In this document: positions 47,260 to 60,045 of the stretch, piece by piece
Layout of the letters: the number at the start of each line of letters is the position of its first letter
How positions within the stretch are numbered: the first letter of the stretch is position 1
Origin: Botryllus schlosseri
Taxonomy: Eukaryota
DNA: 64,000 bases
Direction: 5' to 3'
Assembly: GCA_051294905.1 (NCBI GenBank)
Contig: CM119371.1
Span: 29,638,001-29,702,000, forward strand
Position numbers and translations under genes: made by a program
The notes under the pieces: generated by a model
Told to the model about the DNA's origin: nothing
The model's database searches: none
What the model saw: the letters and a program-made list of their open reading frames with translations, nothing else

Positions 47260-48695
47260 ATAATTCAGAACCAACCCAATCATACATCTTGACACTCAAG
47301 AGACCAAGTGGACGGTGCACTTCGACGGGCTAGTGATAAATGACGTGGTAGATTTCTCATATGCTTTGGCTTTGTGTCACTGCATCGGGTATTCAATATC
47401 CAGTTCGGCGCGGTATGAACAATACTCTACATTTCTTGTCCATCCGCTTTGCAAAAATGAAAGGGCTGCGTATGCCGTCTGCAGTCGCTTCAATGGGTGA
47501 TAAAAATTGATGTGCAGTTTTGAAATTCATTTGATCATTGATATACAAATTGGTAATTTATGAAGTAGTTTTGCTTTTTGGGGTGCTAAAGTAGATTTTG
47601 CTGAACAATGCTGTCTGACTCTTTTTCTCTTGAGCTACTCTCTCGTTTCGCCAGACAGCATTGTTGCGTCCCAATGCTAATCTCCATAACGATGAAAAAT
47701 TCGAGGCTGATTGTGGGAGTTCCAGGGCCACGAGCGGAATAAAATTTATATTTTAAAAATCAGTGCAGAGTCAGCTTTCGATTGATACCCGTTTTACCAA
47801 ATTTAATGCTCGGCAAGCCTGTCAAAAATGACCGTCAAATTGCCTGTAGCCAAATGGAAATTGTGACGTGATACAATTTCACTGAGGCGTGAGATTTGCC
47901 TGTGTCGACACCATATAGGACACTATGATGATACATTACGAGCATAGTGCACTATGTCTTGTCGTTAAGGAATAATACATCAACAACAAAGACAGTACAA
48001 ACATGTCGTGTATCATGTCATGTTATATTTATATTACGGGATTTCTTGCATTTTGCTACTACCTCGTATGCTATACTCACGGATGATACTTGACCAGTGG
48101 CATCGCGCAAGTTAAGCTGAAGATCCAAGTCCAAGTATACGTATTTCTTTTTCGTGCCATACGAAACGTCTGCAGATCTATACGAAAAACAGCAATGAGA
48201 AGAACTGAAAAATTTGCAAGTTAATTTCATGTTCTACTGAAATGAATCAGCCTCAAACTTCGAATTGTGATAAAATTTGGGGTTGTGACGCAACAACTCT
48301 GTCTGGCAAAACGACAGTGCAGCTCAGAAGAAAGGGCCAGACAGACAGTATTGATGCGTCACAATCCCAAACTCGATCACAATGAAAAATTCGAGAATAA
48401 AATTCGAGAATAAAAATTCGCAGGATAAAATGTATATTTCCGTAATCAGTTCAGTAGCCGCTTTTTATTGATACCCGTTTCATCAAATTTGGAGCTCGGC
48501 AAGTCGGTCAAAAATGGCCGGAAAATTGCCTTTGGCCAAATGGAAAGTATGACGTACCCCAAATGCAGTGAGGCATTCAATCTCGCTGTGTCCAAATCCA
48601 TATAAGACACTATTACTTTGTTTCCATGCACGTCCGACGGACGGCCGAAATGCCATGACGCATGCGTTGTAGGCTACATGTCGGCCGTGTTTCCA
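47260..48695 (+). mobile_element. Decayed CACTA/EnSpm-like element with direct and inverted subterminal blocks
   Basis: Blocks 47610-47930, 48245-48350 (inverted) and 48340-48640 match each other and 54430-54670; frameshifted VHFDGLVIND..ALAL/RVFNIQF remnant at 47315-47440. Confidence 0.45.
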
Positions 48696-50009
48696 TGACC
48701 AGGCGTAATCCGACCGTGACTTGGCCGAACTAGGTAGGCGACTAGGCGTCGTCTACTAGGCGAAGCGTTCGCGATGACCTTTTTGGCCTACCTACTCAGT
48801 AATCATTTCGCCACATCACAAGATTGCTATAAAATGAGTCGATAGGAATGAGCAGAGACAACTTGTACCGCTAATTAAACCAAAAAACCCGCCCTAACCT
48901 GGAACACATAGGCCTAAATTGAACATGTTGAATGGACACGATGAACCAAGTGGTTAAAACCAACAGAAGATAAAATAAGATTGAAGAAGATGACAATTAG
49001 GTGGCATACTTTCAGTGTTTCTCAACCCCAAGTCCACGGACTCAAATGAGTCCGTGAAAGGGCCTGGATAAGTCCGCGAGCACAGGAATCTTAGGTAACT
49101 TAATCGGAACACACGTCGAAAAATCTTCAACCTCGTATTTTTCAATGGAAAGACGCTTGTCTCGTTGTGAATTTGTAAAGTTGGGTGATTTTATATTGAT
49201 AAAACCTTAGAAACGACCATGGTTCCGAATTCAGAGGACTACGGACATAGGTTTAGCTTGAGCAAGTTGAAAATCCTCGAAAATGTTCAAATTTTGAAGT
49301 TTTTCATCCACTTCCGATATAATTTCGGAACATGTAATTGACGGACCTGCGGGACTCGTGCACTTTAGGACAAATCTCACTACAGTGGAGAAATTGTGTT
49401 TTGGTCCGAAATTACGTGAGCCCGTCCCGCTCCGGGTTCGTCAAACTCCGATTTGATAATTAGGTTCCGCGATTCGCAAAATACCACTCTTGAAATGTTA
49501 GTCAACTTAATAGCCGTCATATCAAATGCAAAGATACCTCAAATATGTGACTGGCGCCTGGCAGTACTGAACTTGAATAGTGCTTTCAGAACTACATTCA
49601 GTGCAGTAGAATTTATTAACTCAGAGACTTTTCGCGTGTCCCTTATCAAGAGTTAACGGCGAATGAGAATGAGTTTCTATACAATCTTAAAATATTCCAT
49701 TAATATATACCGCTAATTGTCTGTGTAATATACATTCATGGCTCATGATTTGCAATGACTGTGATGTAATACTGTTCCACTCGGTAAGTCTTCATTGTTC
49801 TTGCTATGATGCATATTCTTGCTGTGCACACTGTATACACTGTGTATTGTATACCTGTACTATGCTTGGATGTTTGCTGCTGATTTTCCATAATTTTTAT
49901 CTTTTGTTATTTTTATGTACATTGGTAAACTGCCATAATCGTTAGTATTGATAGACTTACAACTTGCCATATTTGCTCATTTATAACTCCGATGGGTGGC
50001 CACTGAATC

Positions 50010-51153
50010 CAGAGCCGTAACAGCACTTCCTCAGGTTACCCCCAAAACGTTGATCTTGGGTCCCCCATATGATGATAAACTCTACTTCTGCGGGGCTTGG
50101 CCCCCCAGACCTCCTCAGGCTATACGCAGTTCACCGCTACTTATCGTTTACACTGGGGCCGTTTGGTCAGTCAGCTATTCCCGCCTATAATTCATGACTG
50201 GATCGGTCAATATGATCGGGAATTGCATATATATTGCCATCAATTTTTATCCTCTCTCTGCTCACGTAATCAGATTTACAGGTAGAGCTGAGTGAGGTGT
50301 GTTTGAAAAGGTAGGACCCCTCAATAATAATTAGACATTTTCGTGCGCATACCCGTTGGCAGGAACAAAACAGCCCTTCGTCAGGCCCCCCAAAATAAAC
50401 TGTGGTCTTGGGCTTCCATAGGGTGATAAAGCTACCCCCAATCACGTTGTTCGCTTTTGCCACAAAATTAGTCGTACTGATGAGCAACCCAGCGCGAAGC
50501 GCGAAAATTTTCGATCATTCATGATAAAATCGGTCAATAAGATCTAGAATTGCATATATATTGCTATCAATTTCTTGTCATCTCTGCTCACGTAATCAGA
50601 TTTACCTCCGGTCTGCTGTATAAAAATTGAATCGCCTAAACGTAGGCTACTAAACTAAAAGACGCACACGATTTCAAATTGATATTTCTTCACTGGCATA
50701 TAATTTTTCCCTGCGGGATGGTATTTGTCTTGTGAGGTTCAGATTACCAACACAGGAACATTCGGCGCCAGTCATTTAGGCGCCTATGGACAATTAAACG
50801 TATATGTATTTTGTATATATAACGAAGTCTTCAGTCAGCATAACGGCATAGTCCTTTTCAGCAAAGGTTTCTCGCTGCCGATCGTTCTAGCACACTTCTT
50901 GGAGTCTCATGTTATATGGCTTAAAACTTGATTGTATATGTATTGGTGGGTCGTGGCGCGGTAATGGCCCAATACCGAATAATAAAGACAAATGCCATCT
51001 TGAATTCGCGCGCAGCGCGAAAAAAATTTTAAAAAATTGCATCTATTTTAAAAAAATACTCTATGATTTATGCTAATTCGCGAAATAATTTTGGGCACCT
51101 TCGAGCTCGCCCCCCCTAAATGGGGGGTTTGGGGTGCGGCAGTTACGGTCCTG
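50010..51153 (+). mobile_element. Family G element, complete
   Basis: TIR CAGRRCCGTAAC; TSD ACTGAATC; internal direct repeat. Confidence 0.9.
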
Positions 51154-51829
51154 ACTGAATCTAAGACCTTCCTGTCCCCCGTCGTCTCACAATCCATACC
51201 AATTTACATGTTGTGTTTGTTGGTAAGATGAATAAAAGCATACTGACTGACTGAACGTCTTCCGTGTATTGTATAATATGATTTCTCTGCTGACTACTGC
51301 CGACTTTGCGTTCCTTTTTATTATTGCATTGTTACGTCATATTTTGCCGATTTGTTTTGGTGTTCGTTGAATGTCTTTCTATATGCCTTTGAAGATTATT
51401 GTGCCGTTAACTCTTGATAAGGGGCACACGAAAGGCCTTCAAGTTAATAAATTATACGAAAATGCATGTAGTTTTGAAGGCAATATTAGAGATATCTATC
51501 TCAATAAGCGATGTCACAGGCAAAACGGATTGGTTTGCATACGTGTAGAATCTTCTTGGTTTGACAACATAAACATGTGAGATATGAACCCTTATTATCG
51601 CCAACTGGAATTTTTCAAAATGCCTTACATTTATGTCCGAGGTAGACTACTATAAAAATTGTTATAAGCAATTCTATCCTGGTCATATACTCAACAATAG
51701 TTTTGGTCGTATTGACTTGAATTTATTACCCATGGACTCGGAATTTTGCACTGAGTATTCACATACCCTAACCGCAGTCGAAGCTAGCCGTGAAATCGAG
51801 TTATTTTATTTATTAATAGTAGCATGTTG

Positions 51830-52803
51830 CAGTGTTGGGATCAAGTCACTACCTTCGAGTCACGAGTCATTTCGAGTCATTGTACATTTTGACTCGAGTC
51901 AAGTCAAGTCAATCGATTTTCGAAGGTGACTCGAGTCAAGTCAAGTCACTCGATTTTTGGAGGTGACTCGAGTCAAGTCGAGTCAAGTCAAGTCAAGTCA
52001 CGAGTCAAGTCACAATTCAAGTCAAATTGCCTTTTCGACGTATAAGGCATGGTTACGTCATTGCATTTTGCTGGCTGTCTGAAATACAGATTGATGTGGT
52101 CATTGATTCTGAACCGATGAACGGATATAGAGTTTAATATACACGCAAGAAGGCGCTGTATCGCTCACATAGGCATATACGTAGAACTGTTCAACTACGT
52201 AAGTAATTGCATAGCCTCAGTTTATAGTTACCAGCCAAAATTGAGAAACGAATTGATAAGATGCAATACATTACTCATTTACATATTGATATGATACAAT
52301 TCGAGCCTACACCAATGGTTGAGGAGTATATAAACTATATTCGAATTCAATTTCAATAAAACAAGAGGTTTGCTTAAGGTATAAGATCAGAAAACAGAAA
52401 TGAATATTACGCTATTAAAATACTTCACTGTTAGTTTACGACAACGTAAGCTGTACGCTTCAATCACTACGTCTGTGGTCATTTTATTTATGTGAGACAT
52501 TGGAGGCTCAGTGAAACACACGATCATTGAGTGATTTGTCGCTCTCACGGGTTACACCAGCGTTTCGCGAACAATCCGAACATATGGAAGATACAGTGAT
52601 TTTTATCGACACCGATTACTTGATGACTTGAAATTGACTCGTGAATTTTGCTCCGAGTCACGAGTCAATCCACTTTTTTGATGCGCCGAGTCAAGTCAAG
52701 TCAAGTCATTTTTGCAAAGTGACTCGAGTCAAGTCAAGTCATACGACAAAGGTGACTCGAGTCTGACTCGAGTCAAGTCATGACTCGAGTCATCCCAACA
52801 CTG
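51830..52803 (+). mobile_element. MITE family D copy without TSD
   Basis: Both TIRs CAGTGTTGGGAT intact; flanks GCATGTTG and CTATGCAG differ. Confidence 0.9.
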
Positions 52804-52863
52804 CTATGCAGTGCACACGTTTCGGCGCGATATGCGCTGAGTATTATTGTACTCAGTATTAAA

Positions 52864-53316
52864 GTCGACAGATGTGGAAAGACAAGTTTAGAAAGGCTTC
52901 TTTGACTCAATTTTGGGCAAATGTGCAGTCGATGGAGCATGCGGGTCTTTCAGATCTTTGCGAGCAAGCTGCAACAGCTCTTTTGCCATTTCCAAGCATA
53001 TACCTACCTGTGTGAAGCTGACTTTTCAACTCTGACGATGATCAAAAGAAGTATCGCAATAGACTTCAACCGGAAGATGGCATCCGGTGTACATTAACAA
53101 CCATATTACCGGAATTCGATGAACTTATCAAGCAGCTTTAAGGACAAGGCTCTCATTGAGTGTGTGTTGAGTGGAAAACCGTGCTAGGTTTTTTCGTTGA
53201 AACCGCATTAAACTCTCTTGCATAGAACATATTTTCCGTCAATATATAGCTTGAGTCCGCGGATATATAGGCGAGCTTGAGAATATTCCGCGGGTCAAAA
53301 TGGTTGAGAGCCACTA
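52864..53316 (+). pseudogene. Charlie/Buster hAT transposase C-terminus and right end
   Basis: SLTQFWANV..ALLPFPS/TYLCEADFSTLTMIK/KYRNRLQPEDGIRC..GQGSH*; ends GGTTGAGAGCCACTA. Confidence 0.85.
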
Positions 53317-53770
53317 GTATGTGGGCGATACAAATATGGGATATCGTGGTTCAATAATTACGAGTGCAGACTAATAGCTTGTTGTCTAGCTACTGGTAAT
53401 ACTGTTTTCTCGTCGATTCAGAGGTGGTCTCCAAGTCTCTTGTTAATGACTTGCTTACCAGGGGACTGTGAATAAGTTTATAAGTTAACCGAGTTTGTGT
53501 TCAAACCGTAATTTGTATCCATACAACAGAAAACAAACCCTCGAAGTCGAATTGTGGCAGCAGCGTCTGTGAGCAGATCACGAAGAAGATATCGGTACGC
53601 TACGGGTGATTCGCAGTAGTACCGGTGTTGCTAAATTCCGTTGCAATCATAACAGTTAAACTTCTGGTTTCTCAATGCGTCCAAGATCGACCCGGAGTGT
53701 CAGCCATGGTTAATTTGGTACGAAAGTGTATTGTAAGTAGCAAATAGCAATCAGCTGAGCGAAGATGCCG

Positions 53771-54818
53771 CACCAGTATGGCCGAGTGGCTAAGCCGCCG
53801 TTTTCACTCCGACGTGGGTGTATTGCGCAGCAATAATTCTCTCGTTCGTCGGCCGACTGGCCAAGCCGCCGTTTTCACTCCGACGTGGGTGTGTTGCGCA
53901 ACAATAATTCTCTCGTTCGTCGGCCGAGTCTCTCGAAAACGGGCCCATCGGCCGTGCATGGAAACGCAGTATTGGACGGAAAGATCTCTATACGTTGAAC
54001 GATAATGCGCGAAAATTCGTCAGGTCCTAATACATTCTGTAGACCCATTTCTACCTTTACATGTCAAGGAAAGGCTGGTAATTTGTGCTCGCTCCTACCT
54101 AAGCGCATAGAAGAAGTATCAACATCGCAACGTTTCTCTGCGATAGCCTTGGACAACTCGAAAATTTTCAGCTTTCCCAAATTAGATTAGTCTTAGATTA
54201 TTTGCATTTCGATCTAATTTAGTGAAATTAGACAACTAGAAAATGTTCAGCTTTTCCAGATTAGGTTAGAATTGGATTGCTGGCATTTCGCCCTAATTTA
54301 GTGAAATTAGACAACTAGAATTACACGTCTGCTCTGCGACGCGATTGCACTTTTAAACACCTGCTCATTGCCGCGACGCCAGCCTAGCACTCTTATCTCA
54401 CTCTCGCCGCGCAGCCGCATCCTTGCTCGCTACTCTCTCGTTTCGCCAGACAGCATTGTTGCGACACAATATCAATCTCCTCAACAATGAATAATTTGGG
54501 GCTGATTGTGGGGGTTCCAGGGCCAACAGCCGAATAAAATTCATATTTTCGCAACCAGTACAGAGTCAGCTTTCGATTAATACCGATTTCATAACATTTA
54601 ATGCCCGGCAAGCCGTGAGATTGGCTTGAGTCGACACCATATAGGACACAATTACTACGTTTCCATGCACGGCCGATGGGCCCATTTTCGAGAGACGCGA
54701 CCGACGAACGAGAGAATTTTGTTGCGCATGCACATTGTACAGTTGTAGTACACGCACGTCGGCCGACTCGTCGGTCATCGAGAGAATACTTCGGCTTGGC
54801 CGTTCGGCCATGCTTGCG
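53771..54818. mobile_element. Long-TIR foldback element, CACTA-like termini
   Basis: CACCAGTATGGCCGA versus reverse complement CGCAAGCATGGCCGA; inverted arm 53895-53970 / 54653-54728; internal 71-bp (53780-53921) and ~79-bp (54152-54320) tandem duplications. Confidence 0.7.
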
Positions 54819-55046
54819 CTGTGTCTTCGATTAGCTAATTGTTATTTGAACAGCTTCTTGGAGGTACAGAACTTCAAAATACAATTGAATAGTATATGCA
54901 TATTGAAATGAATCCGAATATTTTCGGCTGACACTCGTCAGGGGTAATCGTCAGCAACTAGTGGAGAATTCAAAAGAACAGCGTCTATCAACAATCGTAG
55001 CACCAACTATGACGTCACCAACACGAAATGTCGAATACGAGAGCGT

Positions 55047-55485
55047 TCAATGTACTATTTTCAGATGATACACGAACTCTTTTTGTTGACCCAGCCTTGG
55101 CTGGTGTATTTTGATATAAGTCGACTCCAAGGCACACAAATGAAAGTGTGAGCGACCCTTTCCGAGTATGCGAAATCTGTCGTCTCGACAGTTTTTCGCA
55201 CAGGCAGGATTATCCAACAAGTGTTTGCCAATTGCAGAATTTATGGCCTTTGATTGTTCCGCATCAATCTTTAGCGGATGAGTTAAGGGGGAGCTTTTCA
55301 CCAAGCGAGAATCTAGGAAAATGCTGATTTATGAGTTCCTGCAGGCGCTTTGACGTTCTTCCCACGTAGCCACGTTGCGTTGTCGTGAAAATCACGTTGG
55401 TCTTCACTGTGTCGTAACACTTACTGACCGCTGAAATCAATTTCTTTTCAAGTTGTTGCAAGTTGCAGTTGTTGTCTGACAACAC
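55047..55485 (-). pseudogene. Penelope-like retroelement GIY-YIG endonuclease remnant
   Basis: YVGRTSKRLQELINQH and SAIGKHLLDNPAC..FRILGKGRS.FHLCALESTYIK.HQPRL..QKEF; frameshifted, GIY half and RT missing. Confidence 0.85.
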
Positions 55486-55642
55486 TCAAGTTGTGCGTAC
55501 ACTGCTGGTGACACACCGCGTTGCTTCATTCTGACAATGCTGTCTACATCAGTGGTTCTTAACCTTTTTCCAAAGATTGTTAATTACCAGTCTAATGCAC
55601 ATAGTTACTACCCTGTAACGGTTCATATAAGATGGTACACAA

Positions 55643-56040
55643 TAGAGCCCGGCCGATTATCAGTTCACCAATAATATCGACTCGATAGATCACACTTTGT
55701 AAGAATTATTGGTATCGGCCATTGGAGGTGAATAAATATCGGCAATTTTCATGACGTCATAGCATGGTGATAGAAAGTCCAAAAACTCTAATATTTGACC
55801 GCCAGACTGAGAATATTGATACATTTCACATTCTTACACTTTACAGGTGTCCAGACGCAGCCATTCTAGTTTATTTCCTATCCAAGTATAGCAATGATTG
55901 TGAAACAATTCTGAAGTTTTTCAAATGTGCGTTCAAGGTAGATTCCACGTCTTTTGAATATCGGCTGAATCTTTATGGGTTATCGGTGAAGAAGTCAGAT
56001 ATCGGTATTGGCCCAAAAATCCAATATCAGTCGGGCTCTA
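55643..56040 (+). mobile_element. Internally deleted family C copy
   Basis: TAGAGCCCGGCCGAT..GTCGGGCTCTA; matches the ends of 8219-9471; TSD GTACACAA/TTATACAA. Confidence 0.82.
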
Positions 56041-56699
56041 TTATACAATACAATGAAAACTACCAATTCTGCACCTTGTGATCAGCTGGTTACAGAATAC
56101 AAGTTTTTAGTGAATGGTATATAGGTAGCTCATTATAGAGTTACCATGAACTTCTTTCATTTCAGACAGAAAATCTCAGCCTTGCAAAAGGAGCTGCGAC
56201 GACATAGGATCTCAGCTGATGCAGGCCCAGATTGAGGATGAAGAAACATTCTTTAGAAAGCAAGAATTCCAAATCCGGATAAAAGAGCATGAGATGAAAA
56301 TGGTAAACATTGATTGGAACTTGAAAATGAATGTTATTCCGCCTCACTGCCAAGTCACAATAGTAACATTTCATCTCACATTTCGGTCAATTTGAGTAAA
56401 TAGGGAACCCTTTTCTTGCCTTAATATTTATCTGCAGTGTAATTTGTGAGGTAATTCTTCTATTGTGCCTTTGATATGTAATGCAAAATAATTTCTTCAT
56501 TTTTTATTTTCATACCAGCAAATAATTACTGTCTTCTTATTTTCCAATAAACATTATCTGAAATATGTATTGATTGGATTATCAGAATAAGTTCTTGCGT
56601 AAGCGGATCCAACTTCACATGCGAACCTCTGTAGCTTTCTTAGAAGTAGAGTCAATATCAGGAACTGGCAGATGGAATGGTTTTGGTAGCGAAACTGCA

Positions 56700-57213
56700 A
56701 TGATTGCTGAAATGGTGTTCTCATTTCGCATATGATCTAGCTATTCTAGCAGCATCTGGAAGCACTGTTCGAGAATCTCGAAACATCGCTCCATTGGCGT
56801 ACGAGTCTTCCAACAATAGTTGTTTTTCTTTAGTAGATGGTGGTTTGTTAATGAAGTCATCAGGTGTAACCTTCGTCTTCCAACATAATATACCATTGTA
56901 TTTCTTCTGACCGATTTGGTATTTGTTATATGAAAGTATTCGCGATGCGCACCATCATTAAGTCATGTCATCGGGATATGGGTAACCTGATGACATGGGG
57001 AACTTCAGTGCAGTGTCTGCTTTGGCTTGAAGTTGTCTGATTGATATCAAACAAGTCCTCATCATGGGTTCGATGCCAATAACTAGTTGCAAAAAATCGC
57101 AGCACACAGATTAATTGCATCATGGATGCAAAGTGTGGCACCGGACCCTCAACTGGGGGTTGTCTTTGATCATATTCAATAAAATCAACGTAGTTCTCGT
57201 CGAAAATCTGCAT
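56700..57213 (-). pseudogene. PIF/Harbinger (HARBI1-like) transposase remnant
   Basis: QLICVLRFFATS..DLFDINQTTSS; LEDEGY (cf. LGDSGY); KTRTPMERCFEILEQCFQML (cf. RxxVERxFGxLKxRF). Confidence 0.75.
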
Positions 57214-57899
57214 CGATGACCGAATTCCTTATCTGATTAATGGATCCAATATGTCTACCAAGTGATGCCTTGTCAAAGCCAATGTACTCTCGTCGTCGGA
57301 TATCCATACTGCAGTAATAATTACCGTATCAGTTCGTGATGCCGTGCTGCTTATAGAACTATGTATGTATGTAATTGCTGCAATAGGGTAATGAATTACG
57401 GTAGTTTTACCAGGAAACGACGGTATAAAAAGAACACAGCTTAAGTCGCCCATATCAAGTACGGTAGGCTACCCACAAGCAATATAAGCAGACAGTAATA
57501 ATTACAGTACCAGTTTGCAATGCCGTCCTTAGAACTTATAACTGTGAATAAACTACAGAGTAATATGCATTAAAGCTGCAAAGTAGCCTAATATAAATTG
57601 CAGAAGTCTACCTAGGAAACGACGGCATTCATAGCACAAGACCAAAGTCGACGCCATTTCCAGTCAGCATTGTCAAAGCAATATTTAGTATGAAGTCGAT
57701 GGGTTGATCCTTCACCGGATCACTACATTCTGCGTCATTTTGATGCAACTGCGTCCTATATCCTGCATTTGTAAATCCACTTATTTAGCACGAAGATCCA
57801 ATGTTTTGGTGTGCGGATCATCTACTGTTAAATCGGGAGATCTTGGAACTCGCAGATTAGGCGAAAATCCAGGATGTTTTTACTCAGCTTTTTGGCCTC

Positions 57900-58046
57900 C
57901 ACCATAAGGGTGTTTACATTACATGCGATTTATACCTTATACAGGTGGATAAATACGCGCTTAATGTATGTATACTGTAATCCGGTCCGCCAAGTAATTC
58001 ATTTTCCCATGTCAGGCCCGATGAGCGGAGAAGTTGCCCACCCATG
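57900..58046 (+). mobile_element. Fragment of family I (one end)
   Basis: Reverse complement matches 27313-27450. Confidence 0.7.
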
Positions 58047-59132
58047 GGGTCTTTGAATTGAACTTTCAATAGCTCCATACAACATGTGTCATATTGAAAT
58101 GTTCCCAGGGCCAGAGACACGGAAATTTGTCAACTAGCATAGGGACGCTCCGATTAGAACGGTTTTAAGTTTTTGAAAATGCCTACCGTATCACTGCATA
58201 GCGAAATGAAAATTGATTCACCGACCTTCTTTATGCTGATCGATTTCTTCAATGTCACGTATCGGATTCTCTGTACGCGAAAGAAATATATGATTCAGGG
58301 TTTTCAAATATATGGTGACAGTTGAAGTATGTAGTGTTTCGACGGCACACTGGTTTTATTATTGAATGTTTCATCATACAACAGATATGACGAGAATATA
58401 AATTAGCGTTACTCAGATATTGCAGACTTTGAAAAAGTGGGGATCATTTTTGATGGAATTGAAATACCCTATGCATTTGAGAGAGCACCTATATCGAAAC
58501 GAGTGACTTATTAATTGCTTATTCCATTACAACATAACTAACTTACGATGTAAGAAATATGAGATATTAACATCTATATGGCACACCTAGTTCCAAACTG
58601 GGCGCCAGTGACCTGGACAATGAGCTGCATCTAGTGACTGCATCTAGTGACAAACATAATATTAGTGACAGAGCTCGCTCATCTGATGCAAATTTAAATA
58701 AAAAATGTTTAGGACATACTCAAGACATCGTGTTTATATTCCAGTTATAGGTCCGTAACTTAAAAGGGAAATGTACCGAAATATTTTCAAACATGAGCTC
58801 TCGGTGAGAGTCTGACGGTATAGCATGGCGATTCAGTCTAAAAATGAAGTTCTGTATACCTCGAAATATTGGTTTTAACTGAGACCAGAACCAGTTTAAA
58901 GAGGGTATAAAACATGGTGAATATTTTATCATTGTTTGTGCTCAACTTCCACATGACACAGTGTTTTGTCAATGGTATAATCACGGTGATGGATAGAACG
59001 AGATACATTTAGGAATTCATTGTTTGTTTGTTTGTTGTTATTAATTTGTCCCGACGAATCCGAACTTACGCAAAATAATTTACGAAATGGTGTTGGTGTG
59101 GCGAAAAAGGTTTTGAAAACATTGGCCTATAG

Positions 59133-60045
59133 CAGTGGTCGGGAATCTAAGAATCTTTTTGGGTATAAGATATGGCTCTTTGCCAATTTTTTTTGTACTG
59201 AATTGATCAATATTGCAGTGACTTTCTGGCAAATTTTCACCACGGCTAGAATAATTATTCTTGTGGCAGTGTCAACATGTCTTTGAGCGGGAAAAATAAT
59301 GCGAGTTTCAGGTTTAGGGGCTCGGATCCTCCGTTTTCAAAATCATCAAATTTTAGTTACTGTCACGCTGGCGGCCAATATCACTCGTGAATTCTATGTT
59401 CCCGACTCGAAATCTTGAATTGTGCGATGCGTTGATTGATCAAAGAGCATAGCCGAAATGGCGACGCCCATTTCAAAACGCAGCTTCAAATACACATTGT
59501 CTTCCTGATCTAAAGTGCGAAATGAGCTGTTGTGGATATGACATTCACAATTACAAACTCGAATTACAAACAAGTCCATAGCTATCCATCACGTTCTTGG
59601 TTGTTAAGTATAGCTCTCTGTTTTACCAGCGATAAAATGTATGCGTGTAGCGTAACGTTATGTTATCGCCGAATACTTTGAGAATTGAAAAGTGGATATG
59701 TATTTAGATTTTCGGAATCAGTGTGACAGTCACATTCGATTAATATCAGTTATACGAAATTCTAAGCTACTTACGATGAATTGCGTTGTCAATGATGAGA
59801 CTTTGCCCGTCTGTGCCTTACCTCTCGTTTCGAGCTTTATTTCCGAACAATTAATTTCAGTTTTTACAGAGAAAATATGGCGCACACGAGGAATCCCATG
59901 TAGTGAATTCTAATTAGTGCTAGCATGACGTCACGAATTTTCAATTGTGACGTAACAGTTGACTGGCATGTATGACTCTTTGAGAGTTGAGATGGAAAAA
60001 TCAGGCCAATATGGCTCTTCGGACAAAAAAGGTTCCCGACCACTG
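59133..60045 (-). mobile_element. Family A element, uninterrupted
   Basis: TIR CAGTGGTCGGGAA; TSD GCCTATAG. Confidence 0.93.

Noticed and set aside
49500..51253. Possible LINE 3' end with AATAAA and an (ACTG)n tail, interrupted by G
   Set aside because: Protein similarity is too weak to support a call by eye.
51830..52030. Spaced GACTCGAGTCAAGTCAAGTCA repeats resembling a CRISPR array
   Set aside because: Spacing is irregular, spacers are not unique, the context is eukaryotic, and no cas genes are present. These are MITE subterminal repeats.
53775..53860. TGGCCGAGTGGCTAAG, resembling a tRNA A-box/D-arm
   Set aside because: There is no T-loop or cloverleaf; it is part of a TIR and a 71-bp duplication.
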